Shown here in pieces: positions 30,618 through 38,178 of a stretch of DNA of 59,735 nucleotides. The position numbers and the translations under genes were made by a program. Location of the stretch: the IMG/VR virus record IMGVR_UViG_3300024999_000115, positions 1-59,735 of that record; one strand, 5' to 3'. This DNA comes from a virus (lineage: Duplodnaviria; Caudoviricetes). Numbering within the stretch: position 1 is the first letter of the stretch; every line of letters begins with the position of its first letter. Below the pieces are notes generated by a model, which worked only from the letters and a program-made list of their open reading frames with translations, had not been told where the DNA came from and ran no database searches.

Positions 30618-31160
30618 TTAATCAATGCTCTCTAAAATGTCCTTGATGTGAGACAGGGATTCAGTGTCAAACTTGTGGTTGTGGTTCTCGATGTAAGCAC
30701 CCATTCTCCTGAGTTGTTTATCAATCACGCCTAACTTGTCAACCAACTTTACTTTCTTTAGAACTCCTATTTGCCCTCTGTCCTCACCTCTGCCGCCCCA
30801 AATTTCTTCAACCTGATAATCCTGTATGCAAGCTGCTTCCTGATCTGTCATTTCGTGAATCTGTTTCATCGTACCATCTTCATTGAAGATAGTTTTTAGG
30901 TTGAAATTTAGCAGTTCAGCGAGTTTTTCAAGAACATGAATAAGTGTAACTTCTGCTTTTTTTGACGCAACTTCCTGTATTTCAGTAATCCTTTGTAATA
31001 CATTAGTATTTGTCATTAATTTACATGATTCCACCCATACCGATTCATCTTTCCATTTTTGTGACTTTGGATAAGCAATTCTGTAAGCATCAGACTGAGT
31101 TTTACCTGAAGCAACTGAATTTGCAAATATGGTTTGCTGCGGTGTTAATTCTGTTTTCAT
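30618..31160 (-). CDS. terS: Terminase small subunit
   Basis: LTPQQTIFA...QSDAYRIAY HTH, VLQRITEIQ, KKVKLVDKLGVID..GAY. Confidence 0.88.
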   Translation of the reverse strand: MKTELTPQQTIFANSVASGKTQSDAYRIAYPKSQKWKDESVWVESCKLMTNTNVLQRITEIQEVASKKAEVTLIHVLEKLAELLNFNLKTIFNEDGTMKQIHEMTDQEAACIQDYQVEEIWGGRGEDRGQIGVLKKVKLVDKLGVIDKQLRRMGAYIENHNHKFDTESLSHIKDILESID

Positions 31161-31335
31161 TTTCGCTTATTTTTCGATTAAACTACAATCCTTTGCATAC
31201 ACGGGCCAGTTGATACCCTCCAGTATAATTACATACTCAAGTGTAATCGGTTCCCGGTATATTTCTTAAACTACCTGAACTTGCAGGTTTCCGTCAAGTA
31301 TTTCGTCTCCAATGGCGAGTTTTGCGGCTTTTACG

Positions 31336-31716
31336 TCAATCATTTTCGGTTGTTTTGATTGTTAATTCTTCGCCGGTGAGCGCAAAATACAGGTTTTGCA
31401 ATTGGTGAACGTATTCAATATTAAAAATATTCCACACCAAAATCATTCCTATTGCAAATTCAATCTGCCATTTTTCTTCGGTAATCATACCAACTTGAAA
31501 TTGACATCTTTCAGTTGATTTTGTAGCAAATCCACTGACTATTTCAAACCCAAATTTCACCAGCCATTCTTCGGTAAGCGGAATAGGTTTGTATTCAGAA
31601 ATTTCTCTGTGTGCTATTTCTGATTGATACAAGTTTAGTATGTCACACGGTTTGCATTCGTGTCGCAATTCTCCAAACATGATTAAGTTTTTAAGGCGAA
31701 GTTCATTTGCTTTCAT
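31336..31716 (-). CDS. Conserved Bacteroidota phage protein
   Basis: MKANELRL..N, PIPLTEEWLVKFGF, YVHQLQNLYFALTGEEL motifs. Confidence 0.7.
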   Translation of the reverse strand: MKANELRLKNLIMFGELRHECKPCDILNLYQSEIAHREISEYKPIPLTEEWLVKFGFEIVSGFATKSTERCQFQVGMITEEKWQIEFAIGMILVWNIFNIEYVHQLQNLYFALTGEELTIKTTEND

Positions 31717-31815
31717 AATTCCATTCTGTTAAAAATTCAATCAACGGTATCACATCGCATTTTACAAATGCTATTATCAGGAGCCAAAGTGCTGTTATCT
31801 GCAAAAATGCTTCCA

Positions 31816-32046
31816 TTATTTTTTAAGTTTTAAGATTGACTCCTTATCTACCCATACTTTAGCCATACCCGACCATTCAGCTTTTGCACTTTCAGCAGCA
31901 GCTTCAATAGCTTCATTCCATGCCTCTTTTTGAATTTGTTCAATCATATCCAAATCTCCATCAGGCGATTTATTGACCAAAAAAGCATTATACCATTCTT
32001 CGGGTGCTTTCATTTCATACTCTTTTTGGTCCCCGAAATACTCCAT
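31816..32046 (-). CDS. Hypothetical phage protein
   Basis: AIEAAAESAK...VDKESILKLK motif; the true start may be the later MKAPEEW. Confidence 0.55.
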   Translation of the reverse strand: MEYFGDQKEYEMKAPEEWYNAFLVNKSPDGDLDMIEQIQKEAWNEAIEAAAESAKAEWSGMAKVWVDKESILKLKK

Positions 32047-32097
32047 GCAAGCGCAAGCACGATAACAACTATCAATGTATAAAACAGTACTTCCATT

Positions 32098-32409
32098 TCA
32101 GTTTACCCCCAAGTTTGTTTTTATTGCCAAAATTCCCCCGAAAAACTCTTTTTCGTGCTCCGGGTTCTGAGATAAGTAACTTCCTATTGTGGCGAAGATG
32201 AAGCGGCGAAACTCCTCATTTGCCTGAATGTGGTGCTGAATTGTGTTTGCAAGTAGTCTGGCATCGCCGTGAATAGAAAAGGCCGCGTTTTGATGCTCAT
32301 TGTCGCCGTGGACGTACATTGTTGCATCGGTTGTGCTTCCAGTTGGTGAGAGTATTCCCATCAGTTCATTAATCCGGGCGTTGATGTTTCTTTTTTCTTC
32401 AGCGTTCAT
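32098..32409 (-). CDS. Hypothetical protein
   Basis: 103 aa ORF in a closely packed operon. Confidence 0.6.
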   Translation of the reverse strand: MNAEEKRNINARINELMGILSPTGSTTDATMYVHGDNEHQNAAFSIHGDARLLANTIQHHIQANEEFRRFIFATIGSYLSQNPEHEKEFFGGILAIKTNLGVN

Positions 32410-32422
32410 TTTAATTGCATTT

Positions 32423-32743
32423 TTAACAAGTTACATTCTTCCTCAAAATATAGTTGATGATTAACCGGCTTTCCCTTTCACAAACCGAGAATGTTGTTGA
32501 AAATATCTCAACTTTCGTCTGGTGTTCGGTATGCAAGTTTTCAACCAGGTGTATCATGTTATCGTCAATTACTTGCCTGTAATGCCTCCTCACAATGTTT
32601 CCGGCCTGTTTCCCTGATAGAAAACAATGCTTTCCGGCTTCTTCATACATTGAGTTGGTGTCTAAGTCCTTGCCGCTTCTGAGTTGTTTCTGAAATTCGC
32701 GGATAACCTTTCGCTCTCGAATCAATGTAGTTCTTCGCTTCAT
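32423..32743 (-). CDS. Hypothetical, possibly DNA-binding protein
   Basis: 106 aa basic ORF; two weak HTH-like segments. Confidence 0.5.
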   Translation of the reverse strand: MKRRTTLIRERKVIREFQKQLRSGKDLDTNSMYEEAGKHCFLSGKQAGNIVRRHYRQVIDDNMIHLVENLHTEHQTKVEIFSTTFSVCERESRLIINYILRKNVTC

Positions 32744-33225
32744 TTAATCTCAACTTCTTTTCGTGCCATCATTTCATTAGCGTATTTATTTGCATTTTTC
32801 TCATACCTTTTTTCAATTTCTGCCATCAGGAGGGCGGCCCCGATGTACGATACAAGGAAAGCCGCCCAATGCAACAAAATCAAAAGTGGTAAAGTAGAGA
32901 ATGCAAATCGTTGAAGTAGTATGTTCCTTTTATGTTTGTGCTGCAAATGATAAAGTTCATGGTAGAATATATACAGCAGTAACTTTGGTTTCTTGAATAG
33001 ATTTTCATTTAAGTAGATTGTCTTAAACCAAGCAAAGCCGAAATGATTGGTATTTTTCTGAAACGTTCTGATTGTAACGTGGTATTTCGTCCTTAGCAGC
33101 GAAATTAACTTGTTGTCGTTGTTGTGAATCATGCCGATTCTCTGGAAGTCAGACCATACCTGTGAATACAAGTAGTAAACCAAATGAATAATTGAAAGTG
33201 ATATGACTAATTCTAATTTTGACAT
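32740..33225 (-). CDS. Membrane HExxH metallopeptidase-like protein (M48/M56-like)
   Basis: YIFYHELYH, hydrophobic helices, downstream EKNANKYA; likely start MSKLELV. Confidence 0.65.
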   Translation of the reverse strand: MSKLELVISLSIIHLVYYLYSQVWSDFQRIGMIHNNDNKLISLLRTKYHVTIRTFQKNTNHFGFAWFKTIYLNENLFKKPKLLLYIFYHELYHLQHKHKRNILLQRFAFSTLPLLILLHWAAFLVSYIGAALLMAEIEKRYEKNANKYANEMMARKEVEIK

Positions 33226-33902
33226 AGCTTTTCTTTTTCGATTGCTCCAGTTGCTATTTTCATTCTCCGGTTGTAATCTTCCTGATACTCTTTCTTCCGG
33301 CATCTGTCAATTTCCCTTCTCAGGTCGAATTTTGCCATGTTTTCATCGGTGAGTTCAAGAATGTCGCGGACTTCATCATCGAGAACATGAATGTTTTTGT
33401 GTGCGTAAATAAGAGCATTGACAAGTATTGCCTGATTGATACCATCTTTAACCTGTTGAGGAAGTATTCTGACTTTGTACTTGTACTGCCGTTTTTCCTG
33501 CTTTGTCAATTCGATTCCTGATTGTACCTTCTGGCTTAATTTAAGCCATGTTTCGTTGCGGATTGACTTCCGGGGTAAATACACCCACTTAACTATTTTG
33601 TCTTTGTGTATGTGGCCAAAATGAGTGCTGTCGCCTAAATAAAGCATCAACCTGCCCTGTTGAACGTCTTTGATGTACAGCCAGAACATTTTGTAATTCT
33701 TTACCGCGAATATTCCGATGAACCAAACGAGAAGTAAGGCGATTGGAAGCGGCGTGTACCAGACTGGAAGATTAATTTCTGTAAAGAATGACAACAGTAC
33801 ACTTGCGGTTGCATAGACGAACATTGCGATTCCTCCAATAATGAAATACAAGTACAGGAATCGGGCCTTTGTTATGCTGCGATTTTTGATTTTCTTTCTC
33901 AT
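33213..33902 (-). CDS. Membrane protein (two N-terminal TM helices)
   Basis: FLYLYFIIGGIAMFVYATASVLL and PIALLLVWFIGIFAV; likely start MRKKIKN. Confidence 0.65.
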   Translation of the reverse strand: MRKKIKNRSITKARFLYLYFIIGGIAMFVYATASVLLSFFTEINLPVWYTPLPIALLLVWFIGIFAVKNYKMFWLYIKDVQQGRLMLYLGDSTHFGHIHKDKIVKWVYLPRKSIRNETWLKLSQKVQSGIELTKQEKRQYKYKVRILPQQVKDGINQAILVNALIYAHKNIHVLDDEVRDILELTDENMAKFDLRREIDRCRKKEYQEDYNRRMKIATGAIEKEKLCQN

Positions 33903-33906
33903 GTCT

Positions 33907-34224
33907 TTATGCTTTGTTCGCCCAATCCACAAGATACTTCGCCATTACCCGTAATTTCAAACCAATTGCCCACTTGCTGATGATTGGCTTAATTTCATCC
34001 TTTTTAATGAAGTCTGACTTCTGGCAAACAGCATAAATCTGTAATTGCCAATTCCGGCCCCGGTTGTCTTTCAATCCTCCTGCCGGAAGTCGATAACCCC
34101 GGAAGTCGTCTGTAACTTCACCTGTGTTGTGAATGTAGGTTGATATTGCTTTGATTGCAGGATTTAACTTTCGTTCTGCTTCCCTGGCATAAAGTCTTGT
34201 TGTTGAAATCGTTTTTGTTGCCAT
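33907..34224 (-). CDS. Hypothetical protein
   Basis: 105 aa, first gene after the promoter-like region. Confidence 0.6.
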   Translation of the reverse strand: MATKTISTTRLYAREAERKLNPAIKAISTYIHNTGEVTDDFRGYRLPAGGLKDNRGRNWQLQIYAVCQKSDFIKKDEIKPIISKWAIGLKLRVMAKYLVDWANKA

Positions 34225-34248
34225 TATCTTTTATAAAATTGATAATAG

Positions 34249-34282
34249 CAAATCTATGTAAAAAACAAATACAATCTATGTA
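34249..34282 (-). promoter_or_regulatory. -7 promoter element with operator-like direct repeats
   Basis: TAGATTTG on the minus strand (34249-34256); AATCTATGTA at 34251 and 34273 (22-bp spacing). Confidence 0.5.
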
Positions 34283-34540
34283 CTTTGTGAAGCAATTATT
34301 AACAATAGATAGGAAATGTCATACTCTTATCCCGCTTGCCGGTGATTTAATCCGGCTTATTAGCGAATCGTGGGAGTAAGTATATTTTACGTAAGTTATT
34401 TTTTATTTTGGCTAAATACAAGTTTATAGAATAATTTCAATGCTATTATATCAAAGTTTTACCTTTTATTGCCGTCATAAGTTAATAGTTTTATAATTAA
34501 ATAATTACAGCGGCTTAATACATATAACCGTTAAGGGCAA

Positions 34541-34843
34541 TTATAGATGACGCTCCCAAAAATGAAGCCTACGCACCCAAAATGCAGAACACGAATCACC
34601 ATTAGTAAATTCTACATTTTCGCCTTTGATAATGTATTTTTCAAACTGCATCGGTTCTAATCCGTCCTTAATAGCTGTATCAATCATTATTTTGGCTTTC
34701 CAATTGTATTTTAGCCACTCCCCACGCTTGAATTTGTTATGGTTTTCAAACATCCCATTGTTGATTTGGAACTGAATAACTGCCCTTAACAACGCATAAA
34801 AAATATGCCTTTCGTGTGGGAAAATTGAAGTTTTGTTTTTCAT
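34541..34843 (-). CDS. Cassette 1 hypothetical protein
   Basis: Likely start MKNKTSIF inside the loop of attC-1; bracketed by GTTAAGGGCA / TGCCCTTAAC. Confidence 0.6.
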   Translation of the reverse strand: MKNKTSIFPHERHIFYALLRAVIQFQINNGMFENHNKFKRGEWLKYNWKAKIMIDTAIKDGLEPMQFEKYIIKGENVEFTNGDSCSAFWVRRLHFWERHL

Positions 34844-34914
34844 ATCTAATTCTATTTTAAGTTGATAATGTTGTATTTCAAATACGGCACATTTCTTATG
34901 CGCAGCCGTTACCA
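34784..34914 (+). repeat. attC-like site 1 (131 bp)
   Basis: CCTTAAC AA CGCATAAAAAATATGCC ... GGCACATTTCTTATGCG CAGCC GTTACCA. Confidence 0.8.
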
Positions 34915-34926
34915 ACGAGCACTACT

Positions 34927-35331
34927 TTAGTACTTCTTACCGTGCTTATGTGGTCTTAGAGCGTTGTATCTCATTTTGGCTTTTATATGCTTCTCTAAGT
35001 TTACGCCCTTGAATGCTGCTAAGTCCATTACTCGAATCATAATATCTGCAAGTTCATCCTCAAAAGTGTCTTTAACCCTATTTTCAAATTGCTCTTTGAA
35101 AAAATTGTCATCATTAAAAGTATGTCCGTAATTCGGGTCTGCCATACCATCAATAAACCATTTCTGTTCTTCAACGCAATTAGAATAGTATTTGTCTTTT
35201 CTATCGCATTCAAGAGCTTCGCTTACTTCACTATGTACAAGCGCAAGCATTTCACCAATGTTTTTTTCAGAATCATAAAAGCCTTTAGCTTTGTTGTTCT
35301 CGTGTATCTGTTTTGAAAGTTCGTTTATCAT
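34927..35331 (-). CDS. Cassette 2: MazG-like NTP pyrophosphohydrolase
   Basis: LALVHSEVSEALE...EDELADIMIRVMD...KMRYNALR..KHGKKY. Confidence 0.85.
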   Translation of the reverse strand: MINELSKQIHENNKAKGFYDSEKNIGEMLALVHSEVSEALECDRKDKYYSNCVEEQKWFIDGMADPNYGHTFNDDNFFKEQFENRVKDTFEDELADIMIRVMDLAAFKGVNLEKHIKAKMRYNALRPHKHGKKY

Positions 35332-35374
35332 TATTTCTATTTATTAAAGTTTCTACTAAATTGCCCGTGCCAGT

Positions 35375-35428
35375 TGGTAACACGGGCTAAAACCGCATTA
35401 AAACGACGGTTTAGCCCCATCGTTACCG
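35375..35428 (+). repeat. attC-like site 2 (54 bp)
   Basis: TGGTAAC AC GGGCTAAAACCG ... CGGTTTAGCCC CATC GTTACCG; left arm has one extra base, as expected for an extrahelical base. Confidence 0.85.
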
Positions 35429-35584
35429 TGCATTTAAAACCTCAGAAAGTGTTTAAGATTCTGAAGTTTTTGCATCGGTTTTAAACGTCCGCTTCGCCAC
35501 GGTAACATGGTACATAGCGCATTTTGTCGGAGCATTTAATGAACGTCAGAGCTTAATAAGTAAAAACAAAAAAAGCCCTCCCGC

Positions 35585-35755
35585 TTACAACTTTATCAAG
35601 TTGTTAATGAAATCGCATAGCGGTTGTTCCCATTTCTTAGGCAGCTTTTGAACACCTGTAACAGCTTTAATTAAAGTCGAATCAGGCATTCCAAGTTGCT
35701 TTTCTATTCCACGAATGGAAAGAAAATCTTTGTTTTTGCGTAACCAGTCAATCAT
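35585..35755 (-). CDS. Small HTH protein (last gene of the operon inside attC-3)
   Basis: 56 aa, below the track cut-off: MIDWLRKNKDFLSIRGIEKQLGMPDSTLIKAVTGVQKLPKKW...; ATG overlaps the upstream TGA. Confidence 0.7.
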   Translation of the reverse strand: MIDWLRKNKDFLSIRGIEKQLGMPDSTLIKAVTGVQKLPKKWEQPLCDFINNLIKL

Positions 35756-35946
35756 AACAAATTTTCATCTATTCTTCTAAACACATTAATTGCCTGCTCT
35801 TTTGTGATAAAATCAAAAGAATGACAATTGCCTTTTTTTGGTTTTTTCCATTCTTTTGATGAATACAGATATACTCCCCCAATTTCATTAAATACAACGA
35901 TTGATGAATCTTTTAAAACTGCTGTTTTATCGTCAATAAATGTCAT
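35752..35946 (-). CDS. Small hypothetical protein inside attC-3
   Basis: 64 aa, ATGA-coupled to both neighbours. Confidence 0.65.
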   Translation of the reverse strand: MTFIDDKTAVLKDSSIVVFNEIGGVYLYSSKEWKKPKKGNCHSFDFITKEQAINVFRRIDENLL

Positions 35947-36134
35947 TGTTCTGTTAAATTAAGTTTTGATAAAGCAGTGAATTTCTTAATAAAGTTATTT
36001 CTTGTTGCATCTATTGAATTACCATTATGCGCGCCTGTTTCATTAATTGAATCGCTAACTAATTTAGTAAATGATTCTGTCCCTTTTTCTCGAAGGAATT
36101 TTGATAGTTGTTCTTTTAGTTCTATTGCTTTCAT
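35943..36134 (-). CDS. Small hypothetical protein inside attC-3
   Basis: 63 aa, ATGA-coupled. Confidence 0.65.
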   Translation of the reverse strand: MKAIELKEQLSKFLREKGTESFTKLVSDSINETGAHNGNSIDATRNNFIKKFTALSKLNLTEQ

Positions 36135-36301
36135 AATTCAGTTTTTATTATTTCGTTAAAGCTAATCTTAACTTCTTTCCCGTAACATTTCTGAACGTGT
36201 GATTTTGCTGCTCTTTCGCTTACTGCGTAAGTCACAATAGTTCTTTCTTTTTCTGAACCTTCAATTTTGTAACTCAACCAAAAATGATACTGTGTTTTCA
36301 T
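36131..36301 (-). CDS. Small hypothetical protein inside attC-3
   Basis: Likely start MKTQYHFWL at 36301, just downstream of a consensus promoter. Confidence 0.65.
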   Translation of the reverse strand: MKTQYHFWLSYKIEGSEKERTIVTYAVSERAAKSHVQKCYGKEVKISFNEIIKTEL

Positions 36302-36312
36302 TGTTTTAAATT

Positions 36313-36351
36313 TATATCCAAATTTACGTATAATAAATAATATATCCAAAT
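36313..36351 (-). promoter_or_regulatory. Consensus Bacteroidota housekeeping promoter with overlapping direct repeats
   Basis: Minus strand TTTG-N20-TAAATTTG; TATATCCAAAT at 36313-36323 and 36341-36351 overlaps both elements. Confidence 0.75.
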
Positions 36352-36458
36352 ATTAAGATAAAATAATTTAAACCCCTCCCTCTTTTTTTTGTTTTTAGTC
36401 AGTGCAACTAATCGAAGTCAGCATTAAACGCGCCATGTACCCGGTCGTTAACAAGCAT

Positions 36459-36815
36459 TTAAGAAAGGAACTCAACACTATCAACTTTTAACGAGAAACA
36501 TTTGTCGGTTTGCTCATAAACATAGCCGATAAATTGACAAGCTCCTGATTTTCCGTTGCGTGGTTTATATGCTTGGCACATTTTGCCGCAACCACCTTCT
36601 GATTTTTCGCCAACCTCGTTAAAATGTTTGCAGAAAAAATAACCGCTATCAGTTTCACGTTTTGCCAAAAATATGTCCATTTCTTCAATATGGTTTTCAA
36701 TCATGTATTGCAAATGATTTTCAATAGTGTAACAAGTATCATCATCTTGACGAAAATAAAAACACTTGTTAACACTATGTTTATGCAATTGGGGGTTTTG
36801 TGCTAATTCGTTCAT
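36459..36815 (-). CDS. Cassette 4: Cys-rich hypothetical protein
   Basis: FFCKHF..CGKMC..Y.PRNGKSGAC; starts inside attC-4. Confidence 0.7.
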   Translation of the reverse strand: MNELAQNPQLHKHSVNKCFYFRQDDDTCYTIENHLQYMIENHIEEMDIFLAKRETDSGYFFCKHFNEVGEKSEGGCGKMCQAYKPRNGKSGACQFIGYVYEQTDKCFSLKVDSVEFLS

Positions 36816-36896
36816 AATCTATATTTATTAAGTTTTTACTATTTTGATGGTGCAGTTGTTTCTAATCCCCAACTGCACAAACATTTACCGTTATGT
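36767..36896 (+). repeat. attC-like site 4 (130 bp)
   Basis: TGTTAAC ACT ATGTTTATGCAATTGGGG ... CCCCAACTGCACAAACAT TTACC GTTATGT. Confidence 0.85.
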
Positions 36897-36902
36897 GTAA
36901 TG

Positions 36903-37211
36903 TTAAGAACGCCACACGACAGCCGCCAAACTTGGGCTTGATTGTTCGACAAATAATTTAAATGCGTCATATTTTACCGTTCCTTCTGTTTTAAAAGGTT
37001 CGGTTTCGTTTACAAGGCGAATAAATGAATGTGATTTAATTTCTATTTCCTTAAAAATAGCCACTAATGCAGTATCTGATTTTGCACTTCGCATTTTTGC
37101 GATTTGTTCAACTTCTAAAACCATTTGTCGAAAAGCATTTACTAAACGCCATTCAATTACTTTATCTTGGTTTTCATTTAAAAACTGATTAAAATACTCT
37201 TTTGCTTTCAT
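36903..37211 (-). CDS. Cassette 5 hypothetical protein
   Basis: 102 aa; bracketed by GTTATGTGTA / TACACATAAC. Confidence 0.7.
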   Translation of the reverse strand: MKAKEYFNQFLNENQDKVIEWRLVNAFRQMVLEVEQIAKMRSAKSDTALVAIFKEIEIKSHSFIRLVNETEPFKTEGTVKYDAFKLFVEQSSPSLAAVVWRS

Positions 37212-37248
37212 ATTATTGATTATTAATTTGTTGAAAATAAAACACTAC

Positions 37249-37324
37249 ACATAACACAGCTCTAATCGCAATACTACAACGCACAAATCAACGCTTCGTA
37301 CTGCGTTTAGTGCTGTCGTTCATG
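37249..37324 (+). repeat. attC-like site 5 (76 bp)
   Basis: ACATAAC ACAGCTCTAATCGCAATAC ... GTACTGCGTTTAGTGCTGT C GTTCATG. Confidence 0.75.
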
Positions 37325-37618
37325 CTAAAAATACTCAACAGCATCGGGATTAAAATCAACCATTATTTTTTCATCAGTATATATTTCTTCAAATACATCT
37401 TTCATATCAGGGTCATTTTCATTATAGCACATTGCAATACTTCCGATTAACTGTTTCAAATCATCCATTTCTCTTTGAATTTCATCGCAATCAATCATTA
37501 ATGTTCATTTTTCGGAATACTCTTTTTCATATTCCTTAATAGCATTGTTTAACTTGTTTGCTAATCTATCGTAAGCATAGCAAGTCTTTTTCCGTAGGCT
37601 ATTAAAATTTACTTCCAT
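37325..37618 (-). pseudogene. Cassette 6 gene interrupted by one in-frame TGA
   Basis: MEVNFNSLRKKTC...YSEK(TGA 37505-37507)TLMIDCDEIQ...AVEYF-TAG, all in one frame. Confidence 0.55.
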
Positions 37619-37664
37619 TTTGATTATATTTTTAGTTTAACAATCTGATTAATAAAGCACGAAA

Positions 37665-37759
37665 CCATAACATTTGCTATATGTAACACGGCTCGAAAGT
37701 CCGTACTACTTTGAAAATGTCTGCTATGCCGTGCTACACATAGCAAAGTACCGGTAAGC
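37665..37759 (+). repeat. attC-like site 6 (95 bp; right core degenerate, GGT)
   Basis: CCATAAC A TTTGCTATATGTAACACGGC ... GCCGTGCTACACATAGCAAA GTACC GGTAAGC. Confidence 0.75.
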
Positions 37760-37767
37760 AATAAAAA

Positions 37768-38049
37768 TTACTTAGCTATTGGTTTATAATTGTGAAATTC
37801 CGCTATGTTCGGATATTTCAGTTGTAATCGTTCTAATGTTGAATTGTAAGCGGGTATAGCTTTCTTCTTTAAAAACTCCTCGTTACAAGGCACTAATTTA
37901 GTTCTTGTGCTTAATTCCGATAAGTAGTGTAAATCATTCCACATTCTAAGGAGTTTTTCAACGTGGCTATTTCTGTAAACCCGCTTACTTGCTCCGTAGT
38001 ATTGTTTTAGTCCTTTTGTTTTAAATTCGTGAATGGATATTCGTTCCAT
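37768..38049 (-). CDS. Cassette 7 hypothetical protein
   Basis: 93 aa; bracketed by TAAGCAATAAAAATTAC / GTAATTTTTACAGCTTATAAC. Confidence 0.7.
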   Translation of the reverse strand: MERISIHEFKTKGLKQYYGASKRVYRNSHVEKLLRMWNDLHYLSELSTRTKLVPCNEEFLKKKAIPAYNSTLERLQLKYPNIAEFHNYKPIAK

Positions 38050-38068
38050 AAGTCGTAATTTTTACAGC

Positions 38069-38166
38069 TTATAACAGCACCTAACAAAAATGGCTGCTAC
38101 AAGCATTTGTTTTTAATTTAGAAGTTCTTACAAGCAACCACTTCTGTTAGTTGCAAAACGTTATAA
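38069..38166 (+). repeat. attC-like site 7 (98 bp)
   Basis: TTATAAC A GCACCTAACAAAAATGGCTGC ... GCAACCACTTCTGTTAGTTGC AAAAC GTTATAA. Confidence 0.8.
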
Positions 38167-38178
38167 AACAGTTTGCGA

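Larger units (their letters stand above)
35500..36453 (+). repeat. attC-like site 3, expanded to about 954 bp by an internal operon
   Basis: Left arm CGGTAAC AT GGTACATAGCGC at 35500; right arm GCGCCATGTACC CGGTC GTTAACA ending 36453. Confidence 0.7.
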
